64,000 bases of DNA from Candidatus Spechtbacteria bacterium SB0662_bin_43 (GCA_009839835.1 VXOY01000010.1:4025-68024); one strand, 5' to 3'; positions 19,530 to 33,126 are shown, numbered from the stretch's first letter. Notes: a model not told the origin generated them from the sequence alone. Numbers and translations are program-made.

Positions 19530-20234
19530 ATGGATTCTGTATATCAAATTTTTGATTATTTACCGATTAGATATCAGATAGACAGCGATTTTGATTATTT
19601 TGAATTTCTCAAAAACTCAGTAGAACAAAATTATCACATAGAGAATTATCATTTTGCAAGCATTGCACTCCACATGGTGTTTATGGGGATTGTATACCAT
19701 CACCTTTATATCTTGACTTGTGAGAGTGGTGGAAGACGAGATGCTCTGTTAAGAGATTCTAAGAAGATTCGTAATCAATACAATAAAAGAGGGAAAGTAT
19801 TGTCTTGGCAAAATTTTTCATCAGAAAATGAGCGTAGTGTTTTTAAATTCTTGAAGACTGTTGGAGCAAAAAATGATATGATTGATCAGTTGAAGCAGTT
19901 AGTTGATCAACGCAATGACTTAGTCCATACCAACGGATCGCTTTTGCAAGATCAGGTGCTTTTCGATGAGAAGGCAAATGACTATTTGCAAGGTATTAAA
20001 AATATCCACTATGTTTGTAGAGAGGAATATAAAAATTTATTTTTGAAGTTCTTGAATGAACTTCAATTTGATATTGAGGATATTCAGGATGCCGAGATGT
20101 ATCTTGAAAATTTCATTCGTAAATATGCTGTTAGCAGAAATTTACTTTCACATCTCGGAGATATAGTGCCAAAGAGTAGATATCTCCAAGGAACCCAATT
20201 ACTGTATAGTATTATTCAGGACAGGGGTTTGTGA
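19530..20234 (+). CDS. Hypothetical protein with HEPN-like RxxxxH motif
   Basis: Helical protein with QRNDLVH, located in the defence island. Confidence 0.55.
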   Translation: MDSVYQIFDYLPIRYQIDSDFDYFEFLKNSVEQNYHIENYHFASIALHMVFMGIVYHHLYILTCESGGRRDALLRDSKKIRNQYNKRGKVLSWQNFSSENERSVFKFLKTVGAKNDMIDQLKQLVDQRNDLVHTNGSLLQDQVLFDEKANDYLQGIKNIHYVCREEYKNLFLKFLNELQFDIEDIQDAEMYLENFIRKYAVSRNLLSHLGDIVPKSRYLQGTQLLYSIIQDRGL

Positions 20235-20362
20235 TATAATAAGTGCCAGTCATCTTATCATTAATTTAATACGTTCTTTAAAAGCGATAAATTTATTTTG
20301 CGATATAATAAGAAGATGGTGTGTTATCTAGAGACGACGAGAGATACTAAATTAGAGTCATT

Positions 20363-22081
20363 ATGAGGTATACAAAATTTACAATTCAGAACTATAAGGG
20401 AATAGTTGGTCCGCTTATTGTTGATACTCATAAAATATCCCTCATGCCAATTATTGGAGTCAATGAGTGTGGTAAAACTACAATTTTGCAGGCAATTTTC
20501 GGTTTTGATTATTCTAATGATGTTTTCAATAAGACTGTTCAGCATTTGGAGGATATACATAATTTATATGAAACTAGTGATCAAACTCCCATCATCAGTG
20601 CGGAGATTGAGATAACAAATGATGAAATAAAAGATATTTTGGAAGAATTAGTTAATGATAATCAATGGTCTGATAAGGCACAGGCATATTTAGGATACTG
20701 TAAAGATATAAGTTTTACGTTTGCTATTGATAGAAATATGAGGACACGCAAGTATAATATTAAGTATAGGAAATTTACAGACAAAAATTTTAATCATGTA
20801 TTTGCTAAATCCATTATAGAAAAACTACCTTTCATTCTTTTCTTTGATGATTTTCGTGATAATATAGAAGAAAAAATTGAGATTAAAAAAGATTCTGACG
20901 GTAATCTCAGTGGATGGCTTGCGATAGTAGATCGCCTCTTTCGGGTTGCAGATGAAAATTTTGATATCCTACAGCTACCTAGCCTGGAGGAACGTAAGCA
21001 AAAAACAATTTTGGCCGCAGTAAATAAATTACTTAATGACACTCTAACACAAGAATGGCAGAATTTTAGACTTGATGACAAAGAGGCCCTGGAAATACAA
21101 GTGGACTATAAGCAGGAATCGGAGATGGTGGCGAATGGACAACCCGTACATAGGCACTTTGTGAGGTTTGATGTCGTAGAGAAAGATAAGGATGGCTATA
21201 AACATTTCTTTTTCGTTAGAAATCGTAGCAAGGGATTTTTCTGGTTTTTTAACTTTGTGATGAAATTGGAGTTCAATCCTAAATTAGTAGATAGTGCAGA
21301 AGGTGCAATTTATTTATTGGATGAACCAGGATCGTATCTGCATGCATCCGCACAAACAAAGCTATGCGAGAAATTGAAGTCATTGTCTGGTACCAATATA
21401 GTTTTGTACTGCACCCATTCTCATTATCTTCTTGATCCTAACGTAATACCATTCAACAACATCAAGGTGGCAGAGAAGAATCCCAGAAATTTTGCAATAA
21501 GGTTATTTCCCATTCATCAAGCTAGTGTATCTAGGAAAAATTCCAGATCAGCATTTCAGCCAATCATGGATGCACTCAAGATTAACCCCTTCGCACTAGA
21601 TATTAATCCTAATGAATGTGTGCTGATTGTTGAAGGTATAGATGATCATTATGCTTTTGAGATGTTGAAGGGCGATAGAAACGTTAAAATCCTGCCAGGA
21701 GTAGGAGCAGATTCTATACGGTATTTCATTTCACTAATGATTGCGTGGGGAGTTGATTATAGAGCATTGTGGGATAATGATCCAGTTGGGGCAAAAGCGA
21801 AAAAATCGGCAGGAGAGTTTTTCGGCGAAGTTGAATATAAAGATAAATTTTATTTGCTCCCACACGAAAATACCAAAAAGAAAAAGACCATTCTCCAAGA
21901 TTTATTTGATGGAGATGACATTTCCATCATTAAAAAAGAGCTGAGTTTACCCAAAAATACATCATTTAGTAGAGTTATCCAATCTTTATTTCATTCTGAC
22001 AAAAGACAACATGTTTTAAAGAAAGTATCTAAAAAAACAAAAGATAATTTTAAAAGAGTATTTATGATACTGAGTCTTTAA
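20363..22081 (+). CDS. OLD-family-like ABC ATPase + TOPRIM nuclease
   Basis: IQNYKGI, GVNECGKT, LLDEPGSYLH and THS (ABC ATPase); VEGIDD and WDND (TOPRIM). Confidence 0.85.
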   Translation: MRYTKFTIQNYKGIVGPLIVDTHKISLMPIIGVNECGKTTILQAIFGFDYSNDVFNKTVQHLEDIHNLYETSDQTPIISAEIEITNDEIKDILEELVNDNQWSDKAQAYLGYCKDISFTFAIDRNMRTRKYNIKYRKFTDKNFNHVFAKSIIEKLPFILFFDDFRDNIEEKIEIKKDSDGNLSGWLAIVDRLFRVADENFDILQLPSLEERKQKTILAAVNKLLNDTLTQEWQNFRLDDKEALEIQVDYKQESEMVANGQPVHRHFVRFDVVEKDKDGYKHFFFVRNRSKGFFWFFNFVMKLEFNPKLVDSAEGAIYLLDEPGSYLHASAQTKLCEKLKSLSGTNIVLYCTHSHYLLDPNVIPFNNIKVAEKNPRNFAIRLFPIHQASVSRKNSRSAFQPIMDALKINPFALDINPNECVLIVEGIDDHYAFEMLKGDRNVKILPGVGADSIRYFISLMIAWGVDYRALWDNDPVGAKAKKSAGEFFGEVEYKDKFYLLPHENTKKKKTILQDLFDGDDISIIKKELSLPKNTSFSRVIQSLFHSDKRQHVLKKVSKKTKDNFKRVFMILSL

Positions 22082-22118
22082 TGTTTGTCTTGTGGAATAC
22101 GTGTGGAAGGATTGGGTA

Positions 22119-22192
22119 TTGTATATTTTGGTGGTGTGATGTATAATGATTGAACCGAAATGTACAAGGTATATTTTGGTGTTCTTTGAAAA
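22119..22192 (+). promoter_or_regulatory. rRNA promoter and boxA
   Basis: TTGTAT-17-TATAAT at 22119-22147; boxA-like TGTTCTTTGAAAA at 22180-22192. Confidence 0.75.
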
Positions 22193-22245
22193 TTGAATAC
22201 GAGTAAATAGTTATACAACAACCATTTATAGTTGTTTCGAATATT

Positions 22246-23718
<1,473 letters not shown>

Positions 23719-24031
23719 TAGTTTTTTTCTTTTCTCTATCTTTTTTGAAAAGAGGAAAATGAAGTTGTCGACCAGATAGTATGTTTTGTGTAGTAGTGAT
23801 TTTCCATTGTTCTTTGATGATGGAATTTGATCTACGAACACAACACGTACAACAGCGATGAGGCAGGAATGGTACTTTCATATTCGTATGAAAGTACCAT
23901 TCCTTGCCTTGTCTCTGTATGCTGAAATGAGGGAAAGCATTTTCTTTCTCTGCTTGTAGGCAAGCTACACAGGAGTATGAACCTGTATTTCATATAATAT
24001 TCGGAACAACTATGAGTGGTTGTGTAACCTC

Positions 24032-24060
24032 AAAAAACCCTGATTTTATCAGGGTTTTTT
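24032..24060 (+). terminator. Terminator of the 16S transcript
   Basis: AAAAAACCCTGAT-TTT-ATCAGGGTTTTTT, immediately after the 3' strand of the processing stem. Confidence 0.85.
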
Positions 24061-24174
24061 GAGAACAGAGATTTATTTGATAGAGTGCAATATGCCCAAA
24101 TTATATTTTGGTGTTTTCAGAAAGGTAGTATATGATAAATGTGATTGAACGCCACGCGACAGAAAGGATCTCTG

Positions 24175-24846
24175 ATGAAGTTCGCGGTTGTTGTTTTTCC
24201 GGGAACGTGGAGTGACTGGGATTGCGTTTACGCCTTACAAGATTTAGGTCAGACAGCAGAGCGGGTCTGGCATCAAGAGTCAGCGCTTGACGACTATGAT
24301 GGAGTCATTTTACCGGGTGGCTTCTCGTACGGCGATCACCTTCGTTGTGGCGCAATAGCAAAGTTCTCGCCAGTGATGTCCGCTGTTGAACGATTTGCCA
24401 TGACTGGCAGACCGATTCTCGGTATCTGTAATGGCTTCCAGATTCTGTGCGAGGCAGGCTTGTTGCCTGGAGCATTGCTTCGTAACGCGTCGTTGCAATT
24501 CCGCTGTCAGCCGCAGAAATTGACGGTTGAGCGATTGGATACTGGATTCACTAACCTTTGTCAGCCAAGGCAGATCGTCCAAGTTCCAATCTCGCACGGT
24601 GAAGGGCAGTATTTCGCTCCAGAATCTGTACTGGATGAGCTTGAGGAAGACGACCGTGTTCTGTTCCGCTATACAGATGGTAACCCTAATGGATCGCTCC
24701 GTGACATTGCTGGAATCATGAATTCAATGGGCAATGTACTCGGCATGATGCCGCACCCCGAACGCGCGTCTGACGAATTACTTGGCGGAACCGATGGCAA
24801 CTGCATCTGGCGATCAATAATTCAGGAGTGGGGCAGCGATGGCTGA
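24175..24846 (+). CDS. purQ: Phosphoribosylformylglycinamidine synthase subunit PurQ (glutaminase)
   Basis: VVFPG, LPGGFSYGD, LGICNGFQIL, HGEG and GMMPHPER. SD AGAAAGGA before ATG 24175. Confidence 0.95.
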   Translation: MKFAVVVFPGTWSDWDCVYALQDLGQTAERVWHQESALDDYDGVILPGGFSYGDHLRCGAIAKFSPVMSAVERFAMTGRPILGICNGFQILCEAGLLPGALLRNASLQFRCQPQKLTVERLDTGFTNLCQPRQIVQVPISHGEGQYFAPESVLDELEEDDRVLFRYTDGNPNGSLRDIAGIMNSMGNVLGMMPHPERASDELLGGTDGNCIWRSIIQEWGSDG

Positions 24847-25024
24847 TAAGGCATCTCTGCTTCAGCTTAAAAATCCCCCGTCAAAGCAAAAATCTTTGCT
24901 GGAGCGGGGGCGTTATTTTTGACGGGAATACTATAAGTCTACTAACTATGAGTGATTATTTTTGGGGTATTGACAGGTTATATATATATTATAATGTGGA
25001 TATATCATTAAACAGATACTAATC

Positions 25025-25585
25025 ATGAAAAATAAAAACCTACTTTTTGCATTGGCTGGACTTATTCTTGTTGCTGTTATTGTGAGTGTTGTTATGGCTG
25101 TGATGGGTGAGGATGATGAAGATACTAATGAAAATGTTGCTGCTACACAAGATACGGTTGGCTCGGATACTAAGAACCTGAGTGACATTTATGCAAAGTT
25201 TCCTGATTTTGATATAGTGTTGAATAAATCGGGTATCACGGAGGAACAACGAGAGAATGCTATACGAAACACACGAACGTTTATTGCTTTGTGTGATGAG
25301 ATATATGGATCTATAGAGAGGGCAAGTGGCTTGGAGGCGAGTCAATTGTATAGCATAGGTAGACTTCTTCACAACGATAACTATACGCACCCACAAGCAT
25401 TATTCTGTGCTCGAATCACTGCCCCTCCTTCGTACTTCGGTACGTACAAATACGATAATCAACTGGTATCTCTTGAGTATAATGAGCAAGGTGAAACAAG
25501 TATATACGATGTTTGGGAAGAGATAGAGGCATTTCCAGAATACGGCTATGATACCAGTCGGTACATACAGTATATAGGATTTTAG
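25025..25585 (+). CDS. Hypothetical membrane-anchored protein
   Basis: N-terminal TM segment then acidic stretch; TTGACA/TATAAT elements upstream. Confidence 0.75.
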   Translation: MKNKNLLFALAGLILVAVIVSVVMAVMGEDDEDTNENVAATQDTVGSDTKNLSDIYAKFPDFDIVLNKSGITEEQRENAIRNTRTFIALCDEIYGSIERASGLEASQLYSIGRLLHNDNYTHPQALFCARITAPPSYFGTYKYDNQLVSLEYNEQGETSIYDVWEEIEAFPEYGYDTSRYIQYIGF

Positions 25586-25603
25586 CGTATGCAAATATAT
25601 CCT

Positions 25604-25630
25604 AAAAACCCTGATTTTATAAGGGTTTTT
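25604..25630. terminator. Terminator hairpin, near-identical to 24032-24060
   Basis: AAAAACCCTGATTTTATAAGGGTTTTT. Confidence 0.7.
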
Positions 25631-25669
25631 AGATAATTGCGGGCTTTGTGTTTTAAAAACGTCAAACCC

Positions 25670-25837
25670 CTACCGCTTCGGGTAGGGGTTGGTTGCTGCG
25701 CTGTTGCCTGCGGGTGTTGCCGACTGTTGCGAATCCTTTTGGGAAGGCAACTGGTTTGCGTTCGCAGACGCGCGTTCTTGCTGCCTGCGACGCTTCCGCC
25801 GTTGTCGGCGTCGCATTCCTTCGCCTCCTGCTGCCAT
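25670..25837 (-). CDS. 55-aa Arg-rich peptide (not in ORF track)
   Basis: MAAGGEGMRRRQRRKRRRQQERASANANQLPSQKDSQQSATPAGNSAATNPYPKR*. AAGGAGGT SD, TTGACA-16-TATAAT with TG extension, terminator hairpin over the stop. Confidence 0.75.
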   Translation of the reverse strand: MAAGGEGMRRRQRRKRRRQQERASANANQLPSQKDSQQSATPAGNSAATNPYPKR

Positions 25838-25974
25838 TGTGATACCTCCTTGGTTGCGAGCAGTGGTTATTCACATTATAGCATATAAATATATTTTGTC
25901 AAGTACAGGCATTGACAACGTACAGATATAGTGTGAAAATATTACTATACAATATACGATTAAGTACTTATAGT

Positions 25975-26058
25975 ATGAAAAACATGAATCGCAGGAATAT
26001 CATCCTTGGTCTTATTGGGTTCGCTGTGCTTGTTAGTATAGCGATGATGATATTTTAA
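25975..26058 (+). CDS. 27-aa hydrophobic peptide (not in ORF track)
   Basis: MKNMNRRNIILGLIGFAVLVSIAMMIF*; TTGACA upstream at 25912. Confidence 0.5.
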   Translation: MKNMNRRNIILGLIGFAVLVSIAMMIF

Positions 26059-26160
26059 GGCTGATAATTTTTTCTCTTTTAGATAAATAAAAGCGACCCG
26101 TTGCAGTGTGGGTCGCCTATGGTTGAGGTGCTGATACCTTTTAATAAGTGCGAGTTACGC

Positions 26161-26706
26161 CTATGGTTTGGACGAGACGATTTTTCTCATAACAACGCTG
26201 TCTGGATGCTGCATACTGTGTCCATCTGCGATGTAGAGGTGGGGTGTTACTGCGTCCAGATATGGAGTCATTGCTTCTTGCAGGAAGTCCTTGACACTTA
26301 GCAGGTCTCTCTTCTGTTGCTGCATTTCGCAGTACCGCTTTGGAATACGGTAGCCTCCGCAGTTGGTGTGGCAGAAGAGGTATAGGTGCTGGATGTTGTG
26401 CAGTGTGCTTGCTACTTCAAGGGCATCTATTGTGGTAACCAACGCCCTTGTTGCACGGGAAATCTTTACTGCGTCTACTGTTTGCGAGTCGCGCGGATTG
26501 ATGAGGTTGGTCGTAGCGTACGCAAGAATGCCTGCTCCTCCTGGAATGCTCAGGAATGAGTCAAACGAGCCTGGGTGCTTTGCTTGGATGAACTGATGGA
26601 TCGCTGCATGGAATCGCGGGTCAATGCACGACACAACAAATGCGTCTGAACTGTGCGAGTTCATTCGTTCTCGCGCAACAGGAAGTACTGCTTCGCTCAC
26701 TATCAC
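26161..26706 (-). CDS. Beta-carbonic-anhydrase-like Zn protein
   Basis: SCIDPRF, SIPGG and HTNCGGY (Cys/His/Cys Zn ligands). GAAAGGA SD before GTG, immediately downstream of atpC. Confidence 0.7.
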   Translation of the reverse strand: MIVSEAVLPVARERMNSHSSDAFVVSCIDPRFHAAIHQFIQAKHPGSFDSFLSIPGGAGILAYATTNLINPRDSQTVDAVKISRATRALVTTIDALEVASTLHNIQHLYLFCHTNCGGYRIPKRYCEMQQQKRDLLSVKDFLQEAMTPYLDAVTPHLYIADGHSMQHPDSVVMRKIVSSKP

Positions 26707-26717
26707 GTTGCGTCCTT

Positions 26718-26960
26718 TCACGCAAGGAGGATGGTTGCTTGTCCGTCTGCAAGCTCAAAGATGCCTCGGTCTGGCACCTCTATGAACTGAGGTTCGTGCT
26801 CCTTGCTTTTGAGGACTATAACTCCTTTTTGTATGTTTGTCAAAAGAGGGAGGTGGTGGGGAAGGATAGTGAATTGTCCCTCTGTTCCTGGTGCGGTAAT
26901 GCTCTGTACCTCTCCTTTGTAGAGCGTTTTTTGCAGAGTAAGGATGTGGGTAGGGATCAT
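26718..26960 (-). CDS. atpC: ATP synthase epsilon subunit (N-terminal domain only)
   Basis: PGTEGQFTILPHHLPL; 80 aa; follows atpD. Confidence 0.9.
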   Translation of the reverse strand: MIPTHILTLQKTLYKGEVQSITAPGTEGQFTILPHHLPLLTNIQKGVIVLKSKEHEPQFIEVPDRGIFELADGQATILLA

Positions 26961-26965
26961 ACTAT

Positions 26966-29301
<2,336 letters not shown>

Positions 29302-29304
29302 AGA

Positions 29305-30861
29305 TTAGTGAGCGTTTTGCAAGAATGTTTGGTTGAATTCTTGGATGAGTGTTTTGATTTTCGCCTCCAAATTCTGGTCTATAGCACCTTTTTGTTGTAG
29401 TTCGTTCTGGACAGGTTTGCCAACACCAGACGCGTACTCAATGAATTGTTTCTCCCATTGCTGGATTGTATTGGTTGGAATGTCATCGATCAAGCCGTTG
29501 ATACCTGCGTAGAGAACGAGCACTTGCGCGTACCACGGCAAGGGTTTGTTCAAGGGTTGCTTGAGGAGTTCTGATAGTTGCTCTCCTCGTTTCAGGCGGT
29601 CTTGTGTCTCTTGGTCTAAGTCAGACCCGAACTGAGCAAACGAGGCAAGTTCGCGGTACTGCGCCAGTTCCAATCGGAGCGTTCCAGCAACCGATTTCAT
29701 TGCTTTTGTTTGTGCAGACGATCCAACACGAGACACCGATAGCCCTACGTTTAGGGCAGGACGCAGCCCTTTGTAAAAAAGGTCTGGTTCTAAATATATC
29801 TGCCCATCGGTTATTGATATGACGTTGGTTGGGATGTAGCTGGAAACATCTCCTGCTTGGGTTTCTATCACAGGGATTGCAGTGAGGGAACCGCCTCCTT
29901 TTTCATCGCTGAGTTTTGCTGCGCGTTCCAGTAGGCGAGAGTGGAGGTAAAAGACGTCTCCAGGGTATGCTTCTCGTCCTGGTGGTCGACGGAGGAGTAA
30001 TGAGAGTTCGCGGTACGCCCAGGCGTGTTTTGTGAGGTCGTCATAAAACACAACTGCGTGGCGACCATTGTCCCTGAAATACTCTCCAAGCGTGGCTCCT
30101 GTGTAGGGTGCGATATATTGTACGGCAGGGCTCACAGACGCTGGCGCTGAGACAATAATGGTGTACGCCATTGCGTTGCGCGAACGGAGTGTCTCTGCTA
30201 TGCGCGCAACCCGCGATGCTTTTTGACCAATCGCAACATAGATACAGATAGGGCGAGATTCTTGAGGTTCGTTCAGTTGGCTCAAAATTGTGTCAATAAT
30301 GAGGGTTGTCTTCCCAATCTGCTTATCTCCGATAATGAGTTCCCGCTGCCCTCGTCCGATAGGGATCATCGCGTCTATTGCTTTGATACCTGTTTGGAGT
30401 GGTTCGTGCACACTTTTTCTTTCAAGAACGCTCGGAGCATCTTTTTCTATAGGAGAGGTTTGCGATGCACCAATGGATTTCCCTTCAAGAGAGATACCGA
30501 GTGGATCTATGATGTGTCCTACAAGTTCGTCTCCAACAGGTACTTCCAGCACTCGTTCTGTTGTTTTTGCCGTGTCTCCAACGCGGAGCTGGTGTGCGTC
30601 CCCAAGAATAACAACATCTACCTGTTGCTCCTTCAAGTTGAGCGCCATACCAAAGAGAACGTTATCGTTCGGTATATTTTCTGGTGCTGTACCTGCGGTT
30701 TCTGGGTAGAGTGCGACCATCTCGTTGGCGCGTACATTATCCAATCCGCTAATCGTTGCTATTCCATCTGTTATTCGTTCAATTGTTCCAATAGATTCGG
30801 TTGCGATTCCTGTAATTCCTGAAAGTTCTTTTTTGAGTTGTTCAATAATAAAGTCTGACAT
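29305..30861 (-). CDS. atpA: ATP synthase alpha subunit
   Basis: [17 protein letters not shown] and [21 protein letters not shown]. Confidence 0.99.
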   Translation of the reverse strand: MSDFIIEQLKKELSGITGIATESIGTIERITDGIATISGLDNVRANEMVALYPETAGTAPENIPNDNVLFGMALNLKEQQVDVVILGDAHQLRVGDTAKTTERVLEVPVGDELVGHIIDPLGISLEGKSIGASQTSPIEKDAPSVLERKSVHEPLQTGIKAIDAMIPIGRGQRELIIGDKQIGKTTLIIDTILSQLNEPQESRPICIYVAIGQKASRVARIAETLRSRNAMAYTIIVSAPASVSPAVQYIAPYTGATLGEYFRDNGRHAVVFYDDLTKHAWAYRELSLLLRRPPGREAYPGDVFYLHSRLLERAAKLSDEKGGGSLTAIPVIETQAGDVSSYIPTNVISITDGQIYLEPDLFYKGLRPALNVGLSVSRVGSSAQTKAMKSVAGTLRLELAQYRELASFAQFGSDLDQETQDRLKRGEQLSELLKQPLNKPLPWYAQVLVLYAGINGLIDDIPTNTIQQWEKQFIEYASGVGKPVQNELQQKGAIDQNLEAKIKTLIQEFNQTFLQNAH

Positions 30862-30866
30862 ACCTT

Positions 30867-31250
30867 TTAACGTGTTAAGGCGTATTCAAGCTGTTTTGTT
30901 GCCCGCGACAGAGTGGCATAAAAAACAAGGTTATTTTTCTGTACCACAACGCCTGCAATACAGTGTGGATTTTCTGTGAACGAGTACGTTCCTCTTCCAA
31001 AGTGCTGCCGTATTGTGTTTTTTTCCTGCTCTGTTAATCCGTGTGCTGTGGTAACACGGATGGTTTGTTGTTTTTTGCGTTGCTCCTTGAGTCGTGCGAG
31101 TTCTTTGATGATGTGCGGTAGGAGTGCTGTGGTGCGTTCTTTTTTGAGTAACGCAACAACATTTTTTAATGTCGTTTGTTGCTGTTGCTCGTTTTGTTGT
31201 TGCGACAGTTCGTCAAGAGCGATCGCGTATTGTTGTGCTGAGTAGGGCAT
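30867..31250 (-). CDS. atpH: ATP synthase delta subunit (short)
   Basis: YAIAL N-terminus and C-terminal 'IAGVVV' motif; lies between atpF and atpA. Confidence 0.8.
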   Translation of the reverse strand: MPYSAQQYAIALDELSQQQNEQQQQTTLKNVVALLKKERTTALLPHIIKELARLKEQRKKQQTIRVTTAHGLTEQEKNTIRQHFGRGTYSFTENPHCIAGVVVQKNNLVFYATLSRATKQLEYALTR

Positions 31251-31256
31251 ACAATG

Positions 31257-31766
31257 TTATGTGTTGTATAGTTGTGCCACCCTTTTTACTGACCGTTCGT
31301 AAATCTGTTGGCGTACATCGTCGTCAACAGATTCTTGTAAGATCTTTTCAAGGGCAGGGATGAGGAATTTTGCGGTCTGTTTTTCTACATCTCGCGTCAT
31401 CTCTTGTTTTTCTGCGGCAATTTCTGTTCTGGCTCTTGCGAAGAGTGCGTCAATCTCTTCCTGCGTTTTTATGAGTTGCTTTTCTCTATCTTGGTTCGCG
31501 GTTGTCTTTGCTTGAGCGATAATTTTTCGCGCTTCGTCTCGCGCTTTAATCAGTTGTTCCTCGTGGTACGTTCGTAGGTTTTCCATCTGTTCGTCAATTT
31601 CCTCTGCTTTTTGGAGCGAGGTTTCTATGGTGTCTCTTCTTTCGTTGAGAACCCGAAACAGCGGTTTATACGTAAAGTGTGTCAGGATAAGCAAAAGAAT
31701 CAAATAGTTTATCGTTTGTGCGAGGAACAACATCTCATTAAGACGGAACTTGTCGAGGATTTCCAT
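31257..31766 (-). CDS. atpF: ATP synthase b subunit
   Basis: QTINYLILLLIL..YKPL..LNERR followed by coiled coil. Confidence 0.93.
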   Translation of the reverse strand: MEILDKFRLNEMLFLAQTINYLILLLILTHFTYKPLFRVLNERRDTIETSLQKAEEIDEQMENLRTYHEEQLIKARDEARKIIAQAKTTANQDREKQLIKTQEEIDALFARARTEIAAEKQEMTRDVEKQTAKFLIPALEKILQESVDDDVRQQIYERSVKRVAQLYNT

Positions 31767-31771
31767 ACAAT

Positions 31772-31987
31772 TTAGCCGAATTTAATTATAAGTGCAACTA
31801 CTAATGCATAAATAGCGATAGCTTCTGCGAATGCGATCGCTAATATCATAGCAGTTTGAATTTTTGGAGCTGCTTCAGGGTTGCGTCCAATAGCGCTCAT
31901 TGCGTGAGCTGCCATATAACCGATTGCTAATGCGGGCCCTAATGCACCGATGCCAATAGCGAAAGCCATTGAGAAATTTGGATCCAT
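31772..31987 (-). CDS. atpE: ATP synthase c subunit
   Basis: AIGRNPEA loop and FAEAIAIY (ion-binding Glu). Confidence 0.98.
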   Translation of the reverse strand: MDPNFSMAFAIGIGALGPALAIGYMAAHAMSAIGRNPEAAPKIQTAMILAIAFAEAIAIYALVVALIIKFG

Positions 31988-32104
31988 AATGTGTTGTTAT
32001 ACAAGTATATATATATACTTGTATAGGGTAATTAGTTGATAATAAGCCTTCGCATTTGAAGGCTTCTCTATGGTGTTGAGACGCTCAACACCATAGAGAA
32101 GCCC

Positions 32105-32938
32105 TTAATGTTCTGCTTCTGTTGTTGCAACTTGTATAAAGATAAGTGTGAGCATTGAGAATACCAACGCTTGGATAAATCCTACAAATATTTCTAATCC
32201 ATAAGACGGCAGTGGGGCAATATATGCTAATAGTCCCAATATACTGATAAGAAGAACTTCTCCTGCAAAGACATTCCCGAATAGACGAAAAGAGAACGAT
32301 ATAATTTTTGATAGTTCTCCAAAAAGCTCCAAGATGCCCACAAAAAAAAGGATAGGGCTTGCAAACGTGATGTATTTACTCAGGTGTGCCTTTTTCCCAA
32401 TAGCCCTAATAGCAAAGAAATGGGTTGCTACCACTGATATGGCTGCTAACGCAAGGGTCATATTGAGGTCAGCGTACGTAGAACGAAACAGATGAACAGC
32501 TTCTCCGTCTTGATTAACAACATCAATACTACCAACACCAGGAAGAAGCCCTAACCAGTTTGAAAGCAAGATAAAGAGAAAAAAAGTCGCGATAAGAGGG
32601 AATGCTTGCTCTGCTTTGCGGCGAGACCCTAAAATACCGGTCATAAAATTAAGACCGGACTCAACGATTGTTTCTCCAATGTTTTGCAACGTGTGGGGTA
32701 CAAAACGGATACGATAGGTAATCAGTATCCCTATAACAATAAGGAGAGCAATAGTTACCCAGCTCATTATGAGCGAGTTTGTTATTGGAAAAGACCCTAT
32801 AGTAGCAATTGTGTCTGCGTAAAGATGTGGCTTAGGCGTATCTGGTCGCGGGGGAAAAATAGCAAATGAAATCAGTAGTAAAAGACCAATAGCAAGAGGA
32901 ATCTTCGGTATGTCAGAAAAAGTTCTGGGTATGCTCAT
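32105..32938 (-). CDS. atpB: ATP synthase a subunit
   Basis: SNWLGLLPG, SFRLFGNVFAGE and FIQALVF. Start moved to MSIPRT. Confidence 0.96.
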   Translation of the reverse strand: MSIPRTFSDIPKIPLAIGLLLLISFAIFPPRPDTPKPHLYADTIATIGSFPITNSLIMSWVTIALLIVIGILITYRIRFVPHTLQNIGETIVESGLNFMTGILGSRRKAEQAFPLIATFFLFILLSNWLGLLPGVGSIDVVNQDGEAVHLFRSTYADLNMTLALAAISVVATHFFAIRAIGKKAHLSKYITFASPILFFVGILELFGELSKIISFSFRLFGNVFAGEVLLISILGLLAYIAPLPSYGLEIFVGFIQALVFSMLTLIFIQVATTEAEH

Positions 32939-33126
32939 TTGTGCAAGGAAAATATAACGGATAATAAGCGAAAAATCGTGATTCAGCAATACCTATTTAT
33001 TTTACAGAGCAATAGTTTCATTTGTCAATACCTCTTTTTTCACATGGTTAGGGTTTTATTTCTATTCAAGCGTCTTTGAGAAATAAAAAAGTTGTGTATT
33101 TTTGTGTTGCATGGTATAGTGAAGGT

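Noticed and set aside
25670-25790. tmRNA tag-like reading (ANANQL...)
   Set aside because: No tRNA-like domain or ALAA-type end; the frame has its own SD and ATG.
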